From positions 772,197 to 836,196 of the forward strand of contig CAVVVA010000005.1 of NCBI GenBank assembly GCA_963751565.1: a DNA stretch of 64,000 nt, written 5' to 3'. Numbering within the stretch: the first letter of the stretch is position 1; the number at the start of each line of letters is the position of its first letter. Shown in pieces: positions 8,836 to 20,064 of this stretch. The notes under the pieces are model-generated. The model was not told the origin of the DNA, made no database searches, and saw only the letters and a list, made by a program, of their open reading frames with translations. Made by a program: the position numbers and the translations under genes. The DNA comes from an uncultured Actinomycetes bacterium. GTDB lineage: Bacteria; Actinomycetota; Thermoleophilia; UBA2241.

Positions 8836-11800
8836 GTCGTTCCCCTCGTCCGACCTGTCTCCCTTTGGCCCGGAGCCCTGGAGATCGCGGACCGGCTCGA
8901 GAGCCTCATGCCGGCGCTTGCGGTCGCGAGCCCATTCGGAGACACCACAGGCGTAGCTCACGTCGCAGTAGTCGCAGCGACCGCGGGCCGTCCGCGGGAA
9001 CATGCCGGCGTCGACCAGCTCGGCGGCGGCGCGGACGAGGTCGCGCAGGCGCGCGGTCGCCGTCTCCTCGTCCTGCTGCAGCGGCAAATCCTCGAAGCCG
9101 CCGCGGCGAGTGATCGAGCGGTACAGGCTGGCGACGGCGGCGTAGCCGCCGTCGCCAGCCTGGCGCACGGCGAGCTGGTAGACCGGGCAGCTGCACGCTC
9201 AGGCCGTCCTTGATCCGGCTTCTCTCGGTGTTGCCGGCGCCCGTCTTGTAGTCGATCACGCAGGCGCCGGCCGGCGTGGCGTCGAGGCGGTCGAGACGGC
9301 CAGCGAAGCGCACCCGGCGCTCATCGCCCAGCTCAAGGACCACCGGCCGACCTTGCGACTCCCCGAAGCGCCACTCCACGCCCACTGGGCGCCAGTCGTC
9401 GTAAGCAAAGACCGGGTCGAGGCGCACCGACTCCAGAAGGTCTTCGCGCAGCGTCTCGCGGCGGACGTCCCACGACAGGGCCGCGCCCGTGACGCCGCGC
9501 CGTTCGGCCTCGGCGCAGCACGACTCCCACGCAACGCTGATCGCGTTCAGGGCACCGCCGAGCGGCAGGCTCTTCGGCGATCACGCGTTCATAGACCTGG
9601 TAGAGGATCTTGTGCGCCAGAGTGCCGAACTCGCGGGCGTCCATCTCGAGGGTGTCGTTCGGCTCCTGGGGGGCGTCGAGTCCCAGGACGTCGCGCAGCA
9701 GAAAGGCAAACGGGCAGTCGATGTAGCGCTCGAGGCGCGTGGGATGCATCTCGGCGGCAAACGGATGCCGCGCCGCCAGCGCGGCCCGGGCTTCGCCGCC
9801 GAGCAGCCCATCCCACGCGCCCGGCTCGGGGCTGCGCGCGGCCTGCCAGGCACTACGGCGGCGCTCGGCGGCGCCGGTGTCGTTGAGCACCGCCGACAGG
9901 TACGCGGCCGCCGCCGAGGCGCGCGCCGCCGAACGACCGCCACGCTCCGAGAGGCTGAGCAGCGCCGCCGTGTCGCGTTCCCGCGCGTCGACCCACACGC
10001 CGCCGTCGGTGAACGCGGGCACGCCACCGCCGAGTTTTCGCCAGATCGGCTGCAGCGGCTTGCCACTCAGAAACGCCTCGAGTCCGACGGGCCGGCCGGC
10101 CGCCAGCGAGGCGAGCCTCAGCAGCAGGCGCGACGGCAGGCGCGGCCGCCCGGTCGCAGCGTCGGTGCGCGGTGCGAGCAGCACGAGCCGGTCGCGGGCC
10201 GCCTCGCAGGCGAAGGCGAACAGCAGCAGCGTCTCGTCGGCGCGCTCCTTGGCGAGCGGCAGCCGCACCTGCAGCGCCTCGGCGACCCGCCGGCGCTCGT
10301 CGTCGCCGAGGATCGGGTCAGGGCGGCCACGGGCGGGAAAGCCGCCCTCGGCCAAGCCTGTGAACACCACCGTGCTGAAGCTCAGACCGCGCAGCTCGAG
10401 CGGCGTGAGCACCGCGACGCCGTCGCGCCCCACCCGGCCGGACGGCACGGGCCTGTCCGACAGGAGCTCGCGAAGCGTGGCCGCCGCTTCTTTGACGTCG
10501 ACCTCTTCGTCGACGACCGCCAGACCTCGCAGACCCCCGGCGGCGTCTCGCGCGCCGTCGCACTCGGAAGGTTCGAACAACGCGTCCAGGACCGCCGCCA
10601 GCGCGTCGGCCCAGGTCGCCCAGGCGGCGCGCGCCGGGAGGCCGCCGCAGGCGCGCGCCAGCGCGCCGGCGGCGGCCTCGAGACCGCGCGCCGCGGCAAG
10701 GCGCGAGCTCACCGCCTCGAGCTTCTCGTCTGTCTCGTCGTCGTCTCCCTCGGGTGCGGGCGCGCGAGACTCGAGATCGGCCAGCCGGCACTCGAGACCC
10801 CGCCGGCGACGGCCGAGTCGCTCCGTCCACTGCCCGAGATCGCTCACCACCCCGGCCTGCCGCGCTTCGTCAAGCCACAAAGCCATCGCGACGGGCGACT
10901 CTTCGATGTGGCGAAGCGGAGCCGCCGTCAACAGATCGACCACAGCTCGCCGGGCGAACGGCTCGCCGGCCGGCGGCGCCAGGCAGTCGGCCAGACGCAG
11001 GAGCAGCCGCGGCCCCGGCGACCGGTCCGCCCGGCGGCAGGCGACCGGCAGACCGGCGGCCACAAGGGCGGCGGCGACGCGCTCGACATCGTCGCCGCGG
11101 GGCACGACGATCGCGCAGTCCCACAGCGCGGCGCCACTCTCGGCGGCGGCGATGACGGCACGCAGGGCCTCGCGGGCCTCGGCGCGTTCGTCGCTCACGG
11201 AAGCGACCGCGAGAGTCGTGTCGCCGACGAATGTCAACGGCGCGGCGAGCAGCGCGGCGGACAGTGGACCAGTCGACTCGCCGGTCGTCGGGCCGTGCGC
11301 TTCGCCGGGCGGCGCGCCGGGCGGCGCCCCGAGCAGTGGGCCCGGCGGTGCGTCGGTCGCCGCCGCGCGGACTCGCCAGACGGCGGCGATCCGGTCGCGG
11401 TCGGTGCGCGTCTCTGGGGCGGCGAAGCGCTGCTCCGCGAGGCCGGCCGCACGAGCCGCGCCCAGCGTGGCGTCGTTCAGTCTTGCCGCCTCCCGCGGGA
11501 GGGGCTCCAGCAGGTCGGCGCCGGCGGCGAGCAGCGCGACGATCAGCTTCTGCTGTACCTCGTTCAGGTCGTAGATGCCGTAGACGATGGCCTTGCCGAG
11601 CGACCGGCAGCCTGGCACAGCCAGCGCCGCCGCCTCGAAGAGCGCCGCTCCGTCGAGCAGGCCGCGTGACTCGAGCTCGCGGCAGTAGGCGCGGTAGAGA
11701 CGGGCGAGGTCGTGGGCCTTGGCGGCAGCGCGGTCGCCGACCGACCCTCCCGCCGTCGGGACCGCCTCGGCCCAGGGCGCCTCCGGCCCAACGCCGGCCT

Positions 11801-12206
11801 CGCGCAGGTCGGCGAAGGTCGCCGCCAGCGCCTGGGCGAAGTGAGGCAGCTCGCTGGCGGTCCCGAAGTACTCGAGCCGGTCCGCTTGCTCCCGGATGAG
11901 GCGCCGCAGAAACCGCTCGCGGGCGAGGCCCGCGAGCGTGGCCGGCGGCGCCCCCCCGGCCTGGGCGGCCAGGTCGCCGGCCAGCCGCGTCAGGGTCACC
12001 ACCCTCACGTTGGCCAGCGCGTGCAGCCGGCGCACGAGAAGGTCGCCGACTCGCGTACGCACGGCCGCCGAGCCGACGACGATCGTGAGTGGCGCCAGAG
12101 GGCGGCCCCGCCGGAGCTCGAGGACGCGCTCGCAGAGCGCGTCCTCGAGCTCCGGGAAACGGCCGCTGAGGTGCAGCCCCACGGGTGACTGGCTGGCGTC
12201 GGTCAT
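8824..12206 (-). pseudogene. addB: AddB/RexB-type helicase-nuclease subunit B, split into 3 frames (9333-12206, 8906-9427, 8824-9168)
   Basis: Degenerate helicase N-terminal domain. RecB-type nuclease motif RLDRLD...VIDYKTG. C-terminal Fe-S cysteine cluster CDYCDVSYAC. Stop overlaps the addA start by about 14 nt. Confidence 0.65.
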
Positions 12207-12402
12207 GGTCGTGGCGAGCGTATCACGCGGCTCCGACGGAGCGGCCGACGCCGGTTCCCGCCGAGGAGATCATCGCGCCGGACAGTCGGCGAGAGGCGAG
12301 GGCGGTTTGCCGCAGGGCCGCCCTGCGTCCGGGGTCGTCGTCACCCCTGCGGGTTCACGCGGCTCCCGGGGTGACGGCCGCGAGCGGAGCGCTCGCGGTC
12401 GA

Positions 12403-12834
12403 TCAGCGCGGGCAGAGAAGCTCGACCTTCGCCAGGAGCGTCTTGGGAATGATCGGCTTCTCCATGAACTCCTGGACCGGCAGCCATCCCGGGTCGCGGT
12501 CGCGGTTGGAGAAGCTTCCTACGTAGATCCCCGCCTGGTTGACGGCGGAGAGCATGATGATCGGCACGCGGCTCGTGCGCTCGTCGGACTTGAGGGCGCG
12601 GGCCAGGTCGAATCCGGCCCCGGAATCGCCGGGGAGCATCACGTCGAGGATGACGAGGTCGGCGCCGAACTCGGCGACGTTGGCGACGACGTTCGTGTCG
12701 TCGTTCTGGGCCCTGACCTCGTAGCCGGCGCTCTCGAGGACGATCGAGACCGACTCGACGATGTCCTGGTCGTCGTCGACGACGTACACTCGCTTCACAA
12801 CGCACCCCCGCTCGTGGTGTTGGGCTTCACTCAC
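12403..12834 (-). CDS. Single-domain response regulator (CheY-like receiver)
   Basis: VYVVDDD...D (phospho-acceptor region LVILDVMLP)...K architecture. Lies 111 nt downstream of the flxA-like gene, on the same strand. Confidence 0.8.
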   Translation of the reverse strand: MSEAQHHERGCVVKRVYVVDDDQDIVESVSIVLESAGYEVRAQNDDTNVVANVAEFGADLVILDVMLPGDSGAGFDLARALKSDERTSRVPIIMLSAVNQAGIYVGSFSNRDRDPGWLPVQEFMEKPIIPKTLLAKVELLCPR

Positions 12835-12945
12835 CTGATATTACGGCCGCCGCCGGTCGGCAACAAGACACGTTGGGAGGCGACACACTCCCCGGTCGGA
12901 CGACCGGCGGGGTGAGTGCGCCTGCCTCACGGGTCGAGCGCCGCA

Positions 12946-13845
12946 TCAGAACTCCTGGGGCAGCGTCTTGATCTGGGCCGCCGTGAACACCGGGCCGTCC
13001 TTGCACACGTACACCGAGCCGATGTTGCAGCGCCCGCACTTGCCCAGGCCGCATTTCATGCGGTTCTCGAGCGTGGTGAAGATGGCGTCGTCGGCAAAGC
13101 CGAGGCGCTCGAGCACGGGCAGCGTGAGCTTGACCACGATCGGCGGCCCGCAGAGCACCGCCACGGCGTTGTCGGGGCTCGGCGCGGCTTGCTCGACGAC
13201 CGGCGTGACGTAGCCGACCTCGCCGCTCCAGTCTGGCGTTTCGCCGCCCGGGTCGACGGTGACGATGAGGCGCACGTCGGCGCGCGCCGCCCAGTCGTCG
13301 AGCTCGCGCTTGTAGACCAGGTCGGCCACGCTGCGCGCCCCGTAGACGATCGTCACGTCGCCGTAGCGGTCGCGCAGGTCGAGCACGTTCCAGATGACGC
13401 AGCGCACCGGCGCGAGGCCGATGCCGCCGGCGATGAAAACGAGGTTGCGGCCCTCCCACTCCCCGACCGGAAACACGTTGCCGTACGGCCCGCGAAAGCC
13501 GAGCACGTCGCCGACGTCGACCTCGCGCAGGCTGCCCGTCACCTTGCCGGCCGCCTTGAAGGTGCACTCGATGTAGCCCGTCCGGGTCGGCGGGCTGGCG
13601 ATGCAGAAGGTCGACTCGCCGGCGCCGAACACGGAGTACTCGCCGAACTGGCCGGCGCGGAAGGAGAAGCCGGCGGCCTTCGCCGCGTCCGTGAAGCGCA
13701 GCCGGTAGGTGCGCGTGTCGGGCGTCTCGTCGGTGATCTCCTCGACGACCACGAGGTCGGGCTGATAGATGGTGCCGGCCGGCTGGTGGATGGTGCCGGC
13801 CGGCGGCGCCTGGGTGTCGATCTGGGCTTGGCGTGTCGGGGTCAT
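12946..13845 (-). CDS. FAD/NAD(P)H oxidoreductase with C-terminal [2Fe-2S] (FlxA / HydG / AsrB / PyrK family)
   Basis: Ferredoxin-NADP-reductase fold, GGIGLAPV NAD site, C-terminal CGLGKCGRC...C cluster. ATGA overlap with upstream gene. Confidence 0.75.
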   Translation of the reverse strand: MTPTRQAQIDTQAPPAGTIHQPAGTIYQPDLVVVEEITDETPDTRTYRLRFTDAAKAAGFSFRAGQFGEYSVFGAGESTFCIASPPTRTGYIECTFKAAGKVTGSLREVDVGDVLGFRGPYGNVFPVGEWEGRNLVFIAGGIGLAPVRCVIWNVLDLRDRYGDVTIVYGARSVADLVYKRELDDWAARADVRLIVTVDPGGETPDWSGEVGYVTPVVEQAAPSPDNAVAVLCGPPIVVKLTLPVLERLGFADDAIFTTLENRMKCGLGKCGRCNIGSVYVCKDGPVFTAAQIKTLPQEF

Positions 13846-14996
13846 GAGGCGTCCCCGGCGGCGCGAGCATCGATCGCGGTCAGGATCTCGGCCAGGTCCT
13901 GACCGGTGGGACAGGCGCGCGAGCAGCGGCCGCAACCCGTGCAGAGCACCTCGCCGAACTTGAGCGGGTAGGTGACGAATTTGTGTTCGACGCGCTGGCG
14001 GAAGCGCGCGTTCTGGTCGGCCCGCGGGTTGTGGCCCGAGGCGTGGAGGGTGAACACGCAGGTCTGGCAGGTGTCCCAGTTGCGCCGGCGCACGCCGCGG
14101 CCCACGCTCTCGGGCTCGTCGACGATGTCGAAGCAGTGACAGGTGGGACAGACCGACGCGCACACGCCGCAGCCGTTGCAGCGCGGACCGAGGGACGCCC
14201 AGAAGGGATCGTCGAAGTGGTGGTCGAGCCAGTCGCGCAGGCGGCCGTGGTCGACCCGCAGGTTGGCCGCGACGCGCTCCCGCGCCGCCGCGCGAAAGTC
14301 TTCGGCCTGGGCGCCGAGCGCCGCGCCGGCGTCGGCGGGAAGGTCGGCGAACGCCTCGCGGTGCGCGGCGACGAAGGCCTCGCCTTTGTCGGTGAAGGCC
14401 TCCACGAGGTAGCCGCCGTCGACGGGCGTCAGCCGGCCGTCCGAGCCCTTGCGGGCGGCCGGTTCCAGGAACACCGCGCCGCAGAAGCACGAGTCGTCTT
14501 CGACACCGCAGGCCAGACTGAAGACGGTGGTCGCCGCGCGCCGCGCGTTCCACAGCTCATCGGCGTAGTCCCAGTTCATGACCTTGTCGACGATCGGCAG
14601 GGCGGCGGCGTCGCAGGGTCGCGCGCCGAGCACGACCCGGTCGGCGAAGACCGTCGGGGCGGGGGTGAGCTCGACCTCGCCGGCGGTGCGCCGCCACGAG
14701 AACAGCACCTCGGTCGGCGGCAGAAAGAACTGCTTGAGGGAGAGGCGCGGCAGCCGCTCGCCAAGGGCGAGCTCGGCCGCGTCCGACACCGTGCGGTACT
14801 CGGTCTCGCGCGCGGCGCCGGTCGCGCCGGCGGCGCGGCCGGCATCGCCGGCCCACGCCGGCGCCACCGCCGGCGTGCCGGCGGCGGCGAGCCGCTCGAC
14901 CAGCAGGCCGAGGGCTGCGGCGGTCAGGAAGCGAGGATCGCCCCGCGCGGCCGGCGTGTCGGTCGCGGCGGCGGTCGCGTCTGAAGTGTCACTCAT
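13842..14996 (-). CDS. Iron-sulfur subunit (FlxB / AsrA-like, two 4Fe-4S motifs)
   Basis: CNGCGVCASVCPTCHCFD and CTGCGRCSRACP ferredoxin motifs. ATGA overlaps at both ends. Confidence 0.65.
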   Translation of the reverse strand: MSDTSDATAAATDTPAARGDPRFLTAAALGLLVERLAAAGTPAVAPAWAGDAGRAAGATGAARETEYRTVSDAAELALGERLPRLSLKQFFLPPTEVLFSWRRTAGEVELTPAPTVFADRVVLGARPCDAAALPIVDKVMNWDYADELWNARRAATTVFSLACGVEDDSCFCGAVFLEPAARKGSDGRLTPVDGGYLVEAFTDKGEAFVAAHREAFADLPADAGAALGAQAEDFRAAARERVAANLRVDHGRLRDWLDHHFDDPFWASLGPRCNGCGVCASVCPTCHCFDIVDEPESVGRGVRRRNWDTCQTCVFTLHASGHNPRADQNARFRQRVEHKFVTYPLKFGEVLCTGCGRCSRACPTGQDLAEILTAIDARAAGDAS

Positions 14997-15871
14997 TTGA
15001 TGAAGTCCTGGGTGTCGTCGGTGGCGTAGGCGCCGATGGGCGCCGGCACCGCCGGGTCCTCGGAGACGGTGTAGCCGTAGAGCTCGTGCACGACCTGCTG
15101 GAGCTTGCGGTTGATGAGAGCCAGGGGAATGCCGACCGGGCAGGCGCGCTCGCACTCGCCGCAGCCGACGCAGCGGCCGGCGAGGTGCTGGGCGCGCGTC
15201 AGGTGCCAGGCGAAGTTGCCGCGCGCATGGGGCGAGGTCTCGATCCACTGCGGCTCGGTCTTCTCGACGATGCAGCGCTCGCAGTAGCACAGCGGGCAGG
15301 CCTGGCGGCAGGCGTAGCACTGCGTGCAGCGCGAGAGCTCCCTGGTCCAGAAGGCGAAGCGCTCGTCGGGGCTCAGGGCGTCGAGTGCGGCGACGCGTTC
15401 GTCGAGGGTCGCCGTAACCGGCGGCTCGGGGCGGGCCTCGCCGACCAGCACGTCGACCGATCCGGGTTCGCGCACGTCGCAGCCGAAGCAGCGTGACGAC
15501 ACGGTGTCGGCGGTGAGCTCGGGCGGTTCGGGCGCCGACGGCTCGCCGGCGACGCCGCCGCAGCGCACGCCGATGAGAACGACGCCGTCGCGCTCGATCT
15601 GCGTCTCGCGCAGCAGCCCCGCGACCGCCTTGGCGTCGCAGCCCTTGACCACGACGGCGGCCTTGCCGAGACCGGCGACCTGGGAGCGGCGCGGGTTCAA
15701 GAAGGTGGCCAGGTTGTGCACGCAGCGCGTGTCGAAGATGAGGCGCTCGCAGTCGGCGGCGCTGGTCACGAAGACCGGGCGCACGCCGCGGCGGCCCTGC
15801 TCCCAGCCGATCACGACTCGTACGTCGCCCTCGTCGAGCAGGCGCCGGGCGGTGTCTTGCAGCTCGGTCAC
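14993..15871 (-). CDS. Iron-sulfur / FrhB-FdhB-like subunit (FlxC-like)
   Basis: QCYACRQACPLCYC and GRCVGCGECERACP motifs. GTG start at 15871 overlaps the mvhD stop (GTGA). Confidence 0.6.
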   Translation of the reverse strand: MTELQDTARRLLDEGDVRVVIGWEQGRRGVRPVFVTSAADCERLIFDTRCVHNLATFLNPRRSQVAGLGKAAVVVKGCDAKAVAGLLRETQIERDGVVLIGVRCGGVAGEPSAPEPPELTADTVSSRCFGCDVREPGSVDVLVGEARPEPPVTATLDERVAALDALSPDERFAFWTRELSRCTQCYACRQACPLCYCERCIVEKTEPQWIETSPHARGNFAWHLTRAQHLAGRCVGCGECERACPVGIPLALINRKLQQVVHELYGYTVSEDPAVPAPIGAYATDDTQDFIK

Positions 15872-16395
15872 GACGCGCCCCCGCTCCGTGAGGCCGGTGC
15901 AGTGGCGCTCTCGGCGCTCGCCCCCGAGGCCGTCTCGAAGCCAGCGAACGGGTCGTCGGCCGGCGAAGCCGCGCCGACGAGGCCGTGGTAGGAGTCGAAC
16001 GGGCCGAGGCCGCGCACGCGCGCGACGGTCTCGTTGACGACTTCGGCCCACTTGCCGCCCTCGGAGGCCGACACCCACGAGAAGGTGACGCGCCCGGGCT
16101 CGATGCCCAGGAACGACAGCAGCTCGCGGAACACGCCGAAGCGCCGCCGGGCGTGGTAGTTGCCGGCGGTGTAGTGGCAGTCGGCCGGGTGGCAGCCGCT
16201 GACGATCACGCCGTCGGCGCCGCGCTCGAAGGCCTTGACGATGAACAGGGGGTCGATGCGGCCGGTGCAGGGCAGGCGGATGATGCGCACGTTGCTCGCC
16301 ATGTGCAGGCGGCTCGTGCCGGCGAGGTCGGCGCCGGTGTAGGTGCACCAGTTGCACACGAAGGCCGTGATGCGCGGTTCGAAGTCCTCGGCCAT
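15868..16395 (-). CDS. mvhD: MvhD / FlxD (methyl-viologen-reducing hydrogenase delta subunit family)
   Basis: AFVCNWCTY...IRLPCTGRIDP...VSGCHPADCHY, the canonical MvhD cysteine pattern. Confidence 0.85.
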   Translation of the reverse strand: MAEDFEPRITAFVCNWCTYTGADLAGTSRLHMASNVRIIRLPCTGRIDPLFIVKAFERGADGVIVSGCHPADCHYTAGNYHARRRFGVFRELLSFLGIEPGRVTFSWVSASEGGKWAEVVNETVARVRGLGPFDSYHGLVGAASPADDPFAGFETASGASAESATAPASRSGGAS

Positions 16396-16402
16396 CGGCC
16401 AG

Positions 16403-18431
16403 TCACCACCCCGCCAGGGCGTTGATCTCGGCGTAGACCTGGTCGTCGGTGAAGTTGGCCAGCTCGACGCTCTTGGACGGACAGACGGCGACGCAGGTGC
16501 CGCAGCCCTGGCAGACGCCCGGGTTGACGTAGGCGACGTGGCCGCAGACGCGACCGTCGACATCGCAGACGTCGCGATGCTCGATCGCGCCGTAGGGGCA
16601 GACGCGCTCGCAGTTGAAGCAGCCGATGCAGGTGCGCTCGTTGACCATGGCGACCGACGGGTCGCGTTCGAGCTCGTCGGCGCTGAACAGGCCGAGCACC
16701 TTGGCGGCCGTGGCGCTGGCCATGGCCACCGACTCGGGGATGTCGCGCGGCGCCTGGCAGGCGCCGGCCAGGAAGACGCCGGCGGTGTTGGTCTCGACCG
16801 GGCGCAGCTTGGGGTGGGCTTCGTTGAAGAAGCCGTCCTGGTCGTAGCTCACCGAGAGCTTCTGGGCGAGCTCGCTGATGCCGGGCTGCGGCCGCACCGC
16901 GGTGGCCAGCACGACCATGTCGGCGTCGATCGACGACCTGGCGCGTTGCTGAGCGTGTCGTAGCCCCAGACCTTGACCTTGTCGCCGTCGCGGAAGATGC
17001 GGCTGACGCGCCCGCGGACGTACTCGGCGCCGTCTTCTTCGATCGCCCGCCGCGAGAACTCGTCGTAGCCCTTGCCGGCGGCGCGGATGTCCATGTAGAA
17101 GACCACGGCGCTGGCCGTCGTGCACCTTGTGCTTGTAGAGCATGGCGTGCTTGGCCGTGTACATGCAGCAGATCTTGGAGCAGTACGGGATGCCCTTCTC
17201 GGGGTCGCGCGAGCCGACGCAGGTGACGAAGACGACCGTCTTGGGCTCCTTGCCGTCGGAGGGCCGCAGGATCTCGCCGCCGGTGGGGCCCGAGGCGCTC
17301 GCCAGCCGCTCGAACTGCAGGCCGTCGATCACGTCGGGCACCTCGCCGTAGCCGTACTCGCCGTAGCCTGAGAGGCCTTCGGGCTGCTCGCGGCCGATGT
17401 CGTAGAGCTGAAAACCGGTCGCCACGACGATCGCGCCGACCTCCTCGGTCGACGAAGGTGTCTTCGCTGGTCGTAGTCGATGGCGCCCTTCAGACAGGCC
17501 TCCTGGCACTTGCCGCAGGCGTCTTTGGCCAGACCCTTGCGGCGGCCCTTGAAGAGCGTGCAGTTGTCGCGGTCGAGCACCGGGATGTTGGGCACGGCCT
17601 GGGGGAAGGGCACGTAGATCGCCGTGCGCTTGCCCAGGCCGGCGTCGAACTCGCTCGGGATCTTGCGGCTCGGGCAGGCCGCCTGGCAGTCGCCGCAGCC
17701 GTTGCACAGATCCTCGTCGACCGAGCGCGCCTTCTTGCGGATCTTCACCTTGAAGTTGCCGATGTAGCCGTCGACCTTCTCGACCTCGCTCCAGGTGTGC
17801 AGCTTGATGCGCGGGTGCTGGTAGGCCTCGACCATGCGCGGCGTGAGGATGCACTGCGAGCAGTCCAGCGTGGGGAAGGTCTCGGAGAGCTGGCTCATGT
17901 GGCCGCCGATCGAGGCGTCCTTCTCGACCAGCACGACCTCGTGGCCGCCGTCGGCGATGTCGAGCGCGGCCTGGATGCCGGCGATGCCGCCGCCGATCAC
18001 CAGAGCGCGCTTGGTCACCGGGATGCGGATCGTCTCGAGCGGCTTGTTGCGCTTGACCTTCTCGACGATCGTGCGGCCGATGTCGATGGCCTTGGCGGTC
18101 GCCTGCGTCGCGGTCTTCGTGGATCCAGGAGCAGTGCTCGCGGATGTTGGCCATCTCGCAGAGAACGGGTTGAGGCCGGCCTGCGAAGCCGCCCGGCGGA
18201 AGGTCTTCTCGTGCATGTGCGGCGAGCAGGCGCCGACCACGACGCCGGTGAGGTCGTTGCTCCGTGATGGCCTTCTTGATGAGCTGCTGGCCGGGGTCGG
18301 AGCACATGTACTTGTAGTCCTCGGCGTGGGCCACGCCGGGGTGCTCGCGCAGGGCGTCGGCGACCGCGCCGCAGTCGACCGTGCGGGCGATGTTCTCGCC
18401 GCAGTGGCAGACGAAGACGCCGATGCGGCTC
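16403..18431 (-). pseudogene. hdrA: Heterodisulfide reductase subunit A (HdrA), about 3 frameshifts
   Basis: N-terminal RIGVFVCHCGENIA, FAD site ALVIGGGIAGIQAALD, 4Fe-4S CNGCGDCQAACP, C-terminal CIGCFNCERVCP / CQGCGTCVAVCP. Frame breaks near 18240, 17110-17330 and 16930. Confidence 0.75.
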
Positions 18432-19438
18432 ACGACACACCCGCCTTGGCGTCGTCGCGGGCCGCCTTGGCGTCGCCCCTTGCCGCCTTGGCGTCGTCCT
18501 TGGCCGCCTTGGCCGCGTCGCGCTCGGCGGCCGCGACGGCCGCCTTGTCGGCCTCTTCTGCGAGGTGCGCGAAGAGCGGCTGCGTGTCGACGAAGTGTCG
18601 CTGGAGACCGAGCTTCTCGGGCGGCAGACCCAGGGCCAGCCCGACGAGCTGGGTGATGTAGAGCACCGGCATGGGCGGCTCGCCGCGCAGGCTCATGGCG
18701 CTCTGGCGAAAGTCGAGGTTGGCGTGGCACAGCGGGCAGGCCGCGAGAATGGCGTCGGCGCCGGCCCGGCGGGCGTCGTCGATGATCGCCCGGCTCAGGC
18801 GCAACACCGAACTGGTGCGCGACACAGAGAAGGCCCCGCCGCAACACTCGACGGCCATGTTCCAGCTCACGGGCCTGGCGCCGCAGGCGCGTATGACGTC
18901 GTCCATGCCGGTGGGCTGCTCGGTGTCGTCGAAGCCGGTGATCTCGGCCGGGCGCACCAGCAGGCAGCCCCAGTAGGCGGCGATGTTCAAGTGCTCGAGC
19001 GGGTTGCCTGCCCATCGACGACGTTCGAGCCGGGCGATGCGCTGTTCGATGGCAGGCGCCAGACCCTGGAGCAGCTCGACGATGCTGAGCACACGAACGG
19101 AGTTGGCGAAGGGACGGCCGAGCACCTCGGGGATCCTGGTGGCCAGGCCCGGCTCCTGGCGCGACCGCGTGCGCGGCGCCCGAAAGCCGGTTGTAGCAGG
19201 CTGCGCAAGGGGCGAGGACTTCGCTTGCCCCCTGGGCTTCGGCGAGCGCCAGGTTGCGGGCCGGCAGAGCGACGCCGAGCAGGTGGTCGGCGGCGTGAGC
19301 CGAGCTCGCCCCGCAGCAGCTCCAGTCGTCGATCTCGCGCAGCTCGATCTCGAGGTTCGCGGCCACCGCCCGCAGGCTCTCGTCGTACTCGCGCGAGGTG
19401 CCGTGCATGGAACATCCCGGGTAGTAGGCGAGCGTCAT
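18430..19438 (-). pseudogene. hdrB: Heterodisulfide reductase subunit B (HdrB, CCG domains), one frameshift near 19130-19200, with KA-rich repetitive C-terminal tail
   Basis: MTLAYYPGCS...DWSCCGA (N-terminus, frame 1), then YWGCLLV, ECCGG, CPLCHANLD (frame 2). Tail DAKAAKDDAKAARGDAKAARDDAKA. ATGA overlap with hdrC. Confidence 0.75.
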
Positions 19439-20064
19439 CGGGCGACCTCGCCGTCGCGACCGGAGTCGGCGCCGGCGCTCGCCTGTTCGCGCGCGCAGGC
19501 GGCCATGATGTTCCTGACCTCGGCGACTCCCCTGATGCGCTTGGGCAGCAGCGGCAGCTTGCCGCGCTCGAGCATGGCGGGCACGACCGCGACGTCTTGC
19601 AGCAGGGCGCCGCTGCGCAGCTTGTACTGCATGATCAGGCCGACCTCTGACAGACGGCCGGTCGAGCGGATCTGCGCGAGGAACGACTCGTGGAAGGCGC
19701 GGATGTTGCGTGGCGCGCGACCTGCGCCCTCGATGGCGGCGAGCTCGCGCAGCGCGTCGATCACGCGCGCGGGGTCGACGTCGTTGGGGCAGCGCGCGCT
19801 GCAGGTCTCGCAGGTCAGACACAGCCACAGCGACGGATCGTCGAAGAGGCGCTGCCGGTCGTCGGCCAAAGTGAGACGCATGATGTCGTGCGGCGGCAGC
19901 GTCATCTCGCCGCCCATCGGGCAGCCGGCCGAGCACTTGCCGCACTGGTAGCAGCGCGCCACGTTGATGGCGGTCGCGCGCCGAACGTACGCCTGGAGCG
20001 GCTCGCGAGGGCTCGCGGAGCTGCGATCGGTCGAGATGTTCGTGGCGCCTGCCTCTCGGTTCAC
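19435..20064 (-). CDS. hdrC: Heterodisulfide reductase subunit C (HdrC)
   Basis: Two CxxCxxCxxxCP motifs (CYQCGKCSAGCP, CLTCETCSARCP). Start uncertain (GTG about 20064). Confidence 0.7.
   Translation of the reverse strand: MNREAGATNISTDRSSASPREPLQAYVRRATAINVARCYQCGKCSAGCPMGGEMTLPPHDIMRLTLADDRQRLFDDPSLWLCLTCETCSARCPNDVDPARVIDALRELAAIEGAGRAPRNIRAFHESFLAQIRSTGRLSEVGLIMQYKLRSGALLQDVAVVPAMLERGKLPLLPKRIRGVAEVRNIMAACAREQASAGADSGRDGEVAR

Noticed and set aside
16403-19945. Single 1180-aa minus-strand ORF suggesting one giant protein
   Set aside because: It is a composite. True HdrA C-terminal and HdrB N-terminal segments are joined by stretches of wrong-frame read-through (poly-Arg/Gly garbage). The real genes are hdrA, hdrB and hdrC with frameshifts and ATGA/GTGA junctions.
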